Source of the DNA: Caecitellus pseudoparvulus
Lineage: Eukaryota; Protista; Bigyra: Bicosoecida
NCBI GenBank assembly: GCA_965644315.1
Contig: CBFFRQ010000068.1
Span: forward strand, 1,415,545-1,479,544
Direction of reading: 5' to 3'
Length of the DNA: 64,000 nt
Shown here: piece by piece, positions 59,552-64,000 of the stretch
Layout of the letters: each line of letters begins with the position of its first letter
How positions within the stretch are numbered: position 1 is the stretch's first letter
The notes under the pieces: generated by a model
Seen by the model: the letters and a program-made list of their open reading frames with translations, nothing else
The model's database searches: none
Told to the model about the DNA's origin: nothing
Translations under genes and position numbers: made by a program

Positions 59552-60395
59552 ATGTCTCAGTATTGAAAAAATTAAAGTTATGGACGCTAGAATCGTTCAA
59601 CCACAACCAAGATACGCCGTAAATGAAGGAGCAGTAAGTATCAGCAATACACCTTTTCAAGCTGCCACCGCTTCCAGTTCTTCAGTATCTTTTAATATTA
59701 CAGCACCAAGCCAAAATATGTTTATGGATAGAAATATGCCCGTAAGTGTTGAGATTATGGGTAAAATTACCGCTACTTTAACTAGAGATGCCGGAACAGG
59801 TGCTTTCCCCGCAGAATTACGAGGCGTTCCTGTTTTTACCCCCGGTGATTCAATAGCCCCTGCTGCTTATCCCTTTCAATCTTGTATGAGCACAACAACT
59901 GCCACAATTAATAATTCCACAGTTTCCGTGAATTCTCAAGATGTAATTTATGAAATTTTAAAAATGTCAGCTTCTAAAAGAAATCATAAAAGCAGAACCA
60001 CACCTTCTATGCTTGATAAATACGTCTCATATAATGACAGCCGCACACTTTCCAACAGTGTATTAAAAGGATATCAAGAAGCTTTAAATAATGATAACGT
60101 GCCAAATGGTGCTTTTCAAGGTTTTGAATGGGTTAAAGAAAACGGAGAACCCGCCGACCCTGAAGATTATTTATGGGCTTTACCTCAAACAGACCCTGGT
60201 CCCCCTCCAGTTCCTGCCCTTCCTGCTGATGCTGCTTCCTGGACCAAAACTGTATATTTTAAACTAACCGTCACCGAAAATTTAATTTTAAGTCCTTTTA
60301 TTTTTAATGAATCTCAAGAAGATAACGTGGGCTTATATGGTTTAAATAACATTAAATTAATGTTTAATGTTGGTGATGTTTCAAGAATGCTAAGA
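59552..60395 (+). pseudogene. Major capsid protein, 5' half only; interrupted at 60395 and with a 1-nt frame discrepancy just after the probable start at 59552
   Basis: (S)IEKIKVMDARIVQPQPRYAVNEGA...FNITAPSQNMFMDR, AYPFQ, VTENLILSPF and GLYGLNNIKLMFN are virophage MCP-like. The final GGQ* codons come from the terminus of copy 2. Confidence 0.88.
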
Positions 60396-61042
60396 GGGGG
60401 ACAATAAATCCATAAATGAATTTATGAGCGATATGTCTCAACTGCTGCCGCAGTTTGCGACTAAAAACAGATATATTTTTATACTATATTTTTAGACTAT
60501 ATCTATAAATATTATTCTTAGATATATTTATATTATATCTATAACACTTATTAGACACTATCCCTATAAAAACAATCTCTTATAAACCCTTTAATATATT
60601 TTTTACTTACTTTTTACTACTATTTTATAAGTGTTATCTTAAGGGTTATCACTACAATAAATAGAAATAATATAAAAAATATAATAAATATATATATATA
60701 TATTTTTTCTGAGACTATTCTTAGCCCTTATCTGACAATCAGTCAAAACAAAATTGAAGCAATCAACCATCCATCCAAACACCCTATTTTAGAAACAATC
60801 AAAGGAGGCGAAATGACAAAATAAAAAGATACATTGTAAATCACTTATTCATATATCATTTAACACTAAATCCATTATAACCCTTAACACTTAATCACTA
60901 AATCACTTAATCACTAAATCAGACATAGCGTGGGGCGTGTGCGAATATATAATAAAAAACACTCTCTCACATTTTAAAATATAAAATATGAAAATCATAA
61001 AAATATATCTATGATAAAATATCTAAGAAAAATTTAAAAATA
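60396..61042. repeat. Non-coding left terminal arm of virophage copy 2
   Basis: Homologous to 46789-47450; contains the identical core atgagcgatatgtctcaactgctgccgcagtttgcgactaaaaacagatata. Confidence 0.7.
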
Positions 61043-61103
61043 AAAAATATCTAAATAAAAAAATATGTTTAAAGAAAAAATATTTTATCTAGTATATTAT
61101 ATA

Positions 61104-62825
61104 ATGGATATTCAACAACCAAAATTCGCAATTGATAAACTTATTAAAATGTATGAAGAAGAAGCAATAGAAGACTTAATAAAAAAAGCACGTAATAAGA
61201 ATATAACAGATGATGATTTATTATTAAAATGTAAAGACTATATATCTAAAACCATTTTTAAATGTGAAGATGCCGAAAAATACATAGTTAATGATAAATT
61301 TATATCTGATAAAATTTTTAATAAAAAATTACAAGTGTTCCCTAAGCCTTTAAAGTATTGGTTCAAAAATTCATATATTGGATTTAAAAAAGCAGTTGTT
61401 AAATTTCATCACGAAGAATTAAAAGAAAACGAATTTAACTTATTACCACCTCTCAAATTTAAACCTGAACCATACGAACAAACATCAGACGATTTAAAAG
61501 AGAAAGTTGATTATTTATTAAAAAATTATTTCTTACGTGTCTTATCAAATGGAAACGAGGAGAATTATAATTATTTAATTAAATGGATAGCTAATATGGT
61601 TCAAGGTAATAAAAATACGTCTATGATAGTTTTAAAAGGTCCTGAAGGTTGCGGTAAATCTACATTAATTAGATTTATTGAAGATATGCTAGGGCTTAAG
61701 AATGTTATTAATTCATCATCTCAACCACTAATTGAAAAATTTAATATGGAACTAATGGCTAAAGTTTGCGTATACTTTGAAGAACTCACAGGAGGAACAA
61801 CAAGAGGACAAAAAGCAGCAGCAGCAGCAAGACTAAGAGATTATATCACGAATCCATATTTAAACTATGAAGAGAAAAATAAAAACCCATTAGAAAATAT
61901 TAAGAATGTTTCAAATTTTATTTCTCTATCAAATGAATATTACGCAATTAAAGACGACCAAGGCAGACGATATTTTATTTTAGATATTGACTCAAGCTTA
62001 TTAGGCAATAATGAATACTGGGATAATATTCATAATAATTATGTTCATAATGAAAAAATTTCAAAAGCATTATTTAATTTTTTTAGTAGTGTTGATATTT
62101 CAGATTTTCAACCACTTAAAATGCCTATAACTGATTCAAAAATTAAAGCTCATTTAAAATCTTTTGACCCTTATATATCATTCATAAGAGAAAAATATTT
62201 ATTTAAAAATAAAGGAATAGAAAAAATAAAATGTAGAGATTTATTTTTAAAATATGCCACCTATTATGAAAAGGTATATAAAGAAACTATAAACACTAAA
62301 TCACGTAAAACATCAGTTTTTTTCTATGATAGGTTAGAACATTGGGGGATAAAAAAATATTCTAAAAAATTAGACGGTTGTAATATTTATAAAATTTCAT
62401 TTGAGGAATTAAAGAAAATATCAGAAAATTATAAATGGAACTTTAAATCAGACTATGAAGACGAAGAAGACGAAGAAGACGAAGAAGAAGACGAAGAAGA
62501 AATAGATTTTCAAGAAGAAGAAACAGAAAATAACCACAAACCAGATTATAAATATCAAGCGTTAAAATATAAAAAAATGTATGTAGAACAAGCACAAGAA
62601 CTAAAAAAATTAAAGGAAGAATTAAGAGCGTTAAAATTAAATATTATTAAAAAAGAAGAGGATAAATACGAGGATGACAGCGAAGATGAAGACAGCGACG
62701 ATGAAGAAGAGATAATAACTTTATCAGATAAACACCAGAAATTAAATAAAAGTTTAAGTAGTATGACAGCGGATAAAATGTCTAAGAATTCAGAACCACA
62801 AGATTTATTTAAAATTTCAATATAA
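61104..62825 (+). CDS. Superfamily-3 helicase, copy 2
   Basis: Orthologue of 47509-49221; GPEGCGKS is intact. Confidence 0.88.
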   Translation: MDIQQPKFAIDKLIKMYEEEAIEDLIKKARNKNITDDDLLLKCKDYISKTIFKCEDAEKYIVNDKFISDKIFNKKLQVFPKPLKYWFKNSYIGFKKAVVKFHHEELKENEFNLLPPLKFKPEPYEQTSDDLKEKVDYLLKNYFLRVLSNGNEENYNYLIKWIANMVQGNKNTSMIVLKGPEGCGKSTLIRFIEDMLGLKNVINSSSQPLIEKFNMELMAKVCVYFEELTGGTTRGQKAAAAARLRDYITNPYLNYEEKNKNPLENIKNVSNFISLSNEYYAIKDDQGRRYFILDIDSSLLGNNEYWDNIHNNYVHNEKISKALFNFFSSVDISDFQPLKMPITDSKIKAHLKSFDPYISFIREKYLFKNKGIEKIKCRDLFLKYATYYEKVYKETINTKSRKTSVFFYDRLEHWGIKKYSKKLDGCNIYKISFEELKKISENYKWNFKSDYEDEEDEEDEEEDEEEIDFQEEETENNHKPDYKYQALKYKKMYVEQAQELKKLKEELRALKLNIIKKEEDKYEDDSEDEDSDDEEEIITLSDKHQKLNKSLSSMTADKMSKNSEPQDLFKISI

Positions 62826-62867
62826 GATTTTTAATATTTAAGAAAAATAATTTTCTATATTCAATTA

Positions 62868-63116
62868 ATGAATATTGAAAATTCTTTAAAACCAGAATCA
62901 GGAGAAAAGAAAATAACACCATCAAAAGAACCAGAAAAAGTCAAAGAATATAATAAGAAATATTACGAAAAAAACAAAGACCGAATTTTAAAACAAATGA
63001 ACCGGGTTATAAGGTGTGATATTTGCGATAAAGACGTTAAATTTTATAATTACCCTAAACACTGCCGAGGATTAAAGCATAAACACTTAAAGATAATGAA
63101 AGCTTTTGAAAATTAA
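62868..63116 (+). CDS. Small Zn-finger protein, copy 2
   Basis: Orthologue of 49263-49502 with a 3-aa insertion. Confidence 0.8.
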   Translation: MNIENSLKPESGEKKITPSKEPEKVKEYNKKYYEKNKDRILKQMNRVIRCDICDKDVKFYNYPKHCRGLKHKHLKIMKAFEN

Positions 63117-63176
63117 AAAAATATCTAAATAAAATATGTTTAAAGAAAAAATATTTTATCTAGTATATTATATATA

Positions 63177-64000
63177 ATGGATTTTATGAATTTTTTTCAA
63201 GGTTCTTTATTTTCTAATTTAGAAAATAACAACGTATTTTATGATAGATATAATAATAAATATAATATTGTTTGTATAAAATATGATATGAAAGATATTA
63301 AAGAAGACCCACATAATGAGAAATGGAATTATGATTTCGTTTCTGGATTAAAAGATTTAGATTTAAGCTTCGTCAAAGAATACCCCGATAAAGACTGGTG
63401 TTATTTCTCATTATCAAAACTAATAAAAAATAAAAAAGATTTTGAATTCGTGAAAAAATGTCCGGATAAAGACTGGTATTATTTCTCATTATCAAAATTT
63501 ATAAAAAATAAAGAAGATTTTGAATTCGTCAAAGAATACCCGGATAAAAATTGGGATTTTAAATATTTTTCAAATTTGAATTTTATAAATAGTAATATCA
63601 TAAATTCTATTCATTCTGAGAAATGGAACAAAAACGAATTATTATTTAATGATAATTTTGATATAAGCTGGGTTAATGAATGTCAAAATATAAAATGGAA
63701 ATTTGGATTAATAACATTATCTAGAAATTTTAATATAGAATGGTTATATAAGTATCCACGTAAAAAATGGGATATATCATCAATTGAAAAAAAGGATTGT
63801 TTCTTTTATGATTTAATATCAATTTTTCCACATTTCAAATGGTCTTCTAAAATACTAAACGATTATAAACAAATTCAACAACATAAAGAAGAACATAAAA
63901 TAAATTATAAAGAGGTATTAAATGAATTCTTAGCGGTGATTTATCATCCAGATAATGCGGAACGTTTAGGATTATTTGATAATGTTTCAAAAGATGATTT
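63177..64000 (+). CDS. Trp-repeat protein, copy 2 (3' end just beyond the window)
   Basis: Open frame from ATG 63177 (MDFMNFFQG...) to the window end (...YHPDNAERLGLFDNVSKDD). It is absent from the ORF track because no stop is reached. Confidence 0.82.
   Translation, partial: MDFMNFFQGSLFSNLENNNVFYDRYNNKYNIVCIKYDMKDIKEDPHNEKWNYDFVSGLKDLDLSFVKEYPDKDWCYFSLSKLIKNKKDFEFVKKCPDKDWYYFSLSKFIKNKEDFEFVKEYPDKNWDFKYFSNLNFINSNIINSIHSEKWNKNELLFNDNFDISWVNECQNIKWKFGLITLSRNFNIEWLYKYPRKKWDISSIEKKDCFFYDLISIFPHFKWSSKILNDYKQIQQHKEEHKINYKEVLNEFLAVIYHPDNAERLGLFDNVSKDD

Larger units (their letters stand above)
46789..60395 (+). mobile_element. Endogenous virophage, copy 1 (left end to interrupted capsid gene; right end not in window)
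   Basis: Abrupt GC-to-AT switch, intronless co-oriented genes, and the four virophage core genes (ATPase, protease, penton, MCP) plus helicase and pPolB. The left end GGGGGACAATA is defined by comparison with copy 2. Confidence 0.95.
60396..64000 (+). mobile_element. Endogenous virophage, copy 2 (diverged relative), starting inside the MCP gene of copy 1; continues beyond the window
   Basis: Begins with the same GGGGGACAATA terminus and arm, followed by orthologues of the helicase, Zn finger and Trp-repeat genes with many substitutions and in-frame indels. Confidence 0.93.

Noticed and set aside
60396-64000. Copy 2 as an assembly duplication of copy 1
   Set aside because: It has numerous silent substitutions, in-frame indels and different iterons, and it begins exactly at the element terminus.
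46789-64000. AT-rich half as bacterial, organellar or phage contamination
   Set aside because: The gene set is virophage-specific and the composition switch coincides with a defined terminus seen twice. A misjoin still needs read-level exclusion.

Overview
The window has two compositionally distinct halves. Positions 1 to ~46,788 are GC-rich, gene-dense eukaryotic (protist-like) DNA with short GT-AG introns. It encodes a JmjC/Cupin_8 oxygenase, an EF-hand Ca sensor, a sedolisin, dCTP pyrophosphatase, a CPA1 Na+/H+ exchanger, a cyclic-nucleotide-binding K+ channel, TMED10/p24, an HADHB-type thiolase, and one giant minus-strand gene (17005-46612). That gene contains ~15 near-identical 1524-1530 bp coding repeats. 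The only two frame-breaking insertions in the array (209 bp and 155 bp) are internal duplications that can be removed as GT...AG introns to restore the frame, so they are candidate newborn introns. From 46,789 the DNA turns abruptly AT-rich. It is an endogenous virophage: GGGGG terminus with hairpins, SF3 helicase, Zn finger, giant-virus-like repeat protein, protein-primed PolB, a putative peptidase-nucleotidyltransferase polyprotein, two probable core proteins, packaging ATPase, cysteine protease, penton and major capsid protein, with TCTA late-promoter motifs. Its capsid gene is cut at 60,395 by the left end of a second, diverged copy of the same virophage, which runs off the window end. All calls come from motif recognition by eye; no database searches were run.
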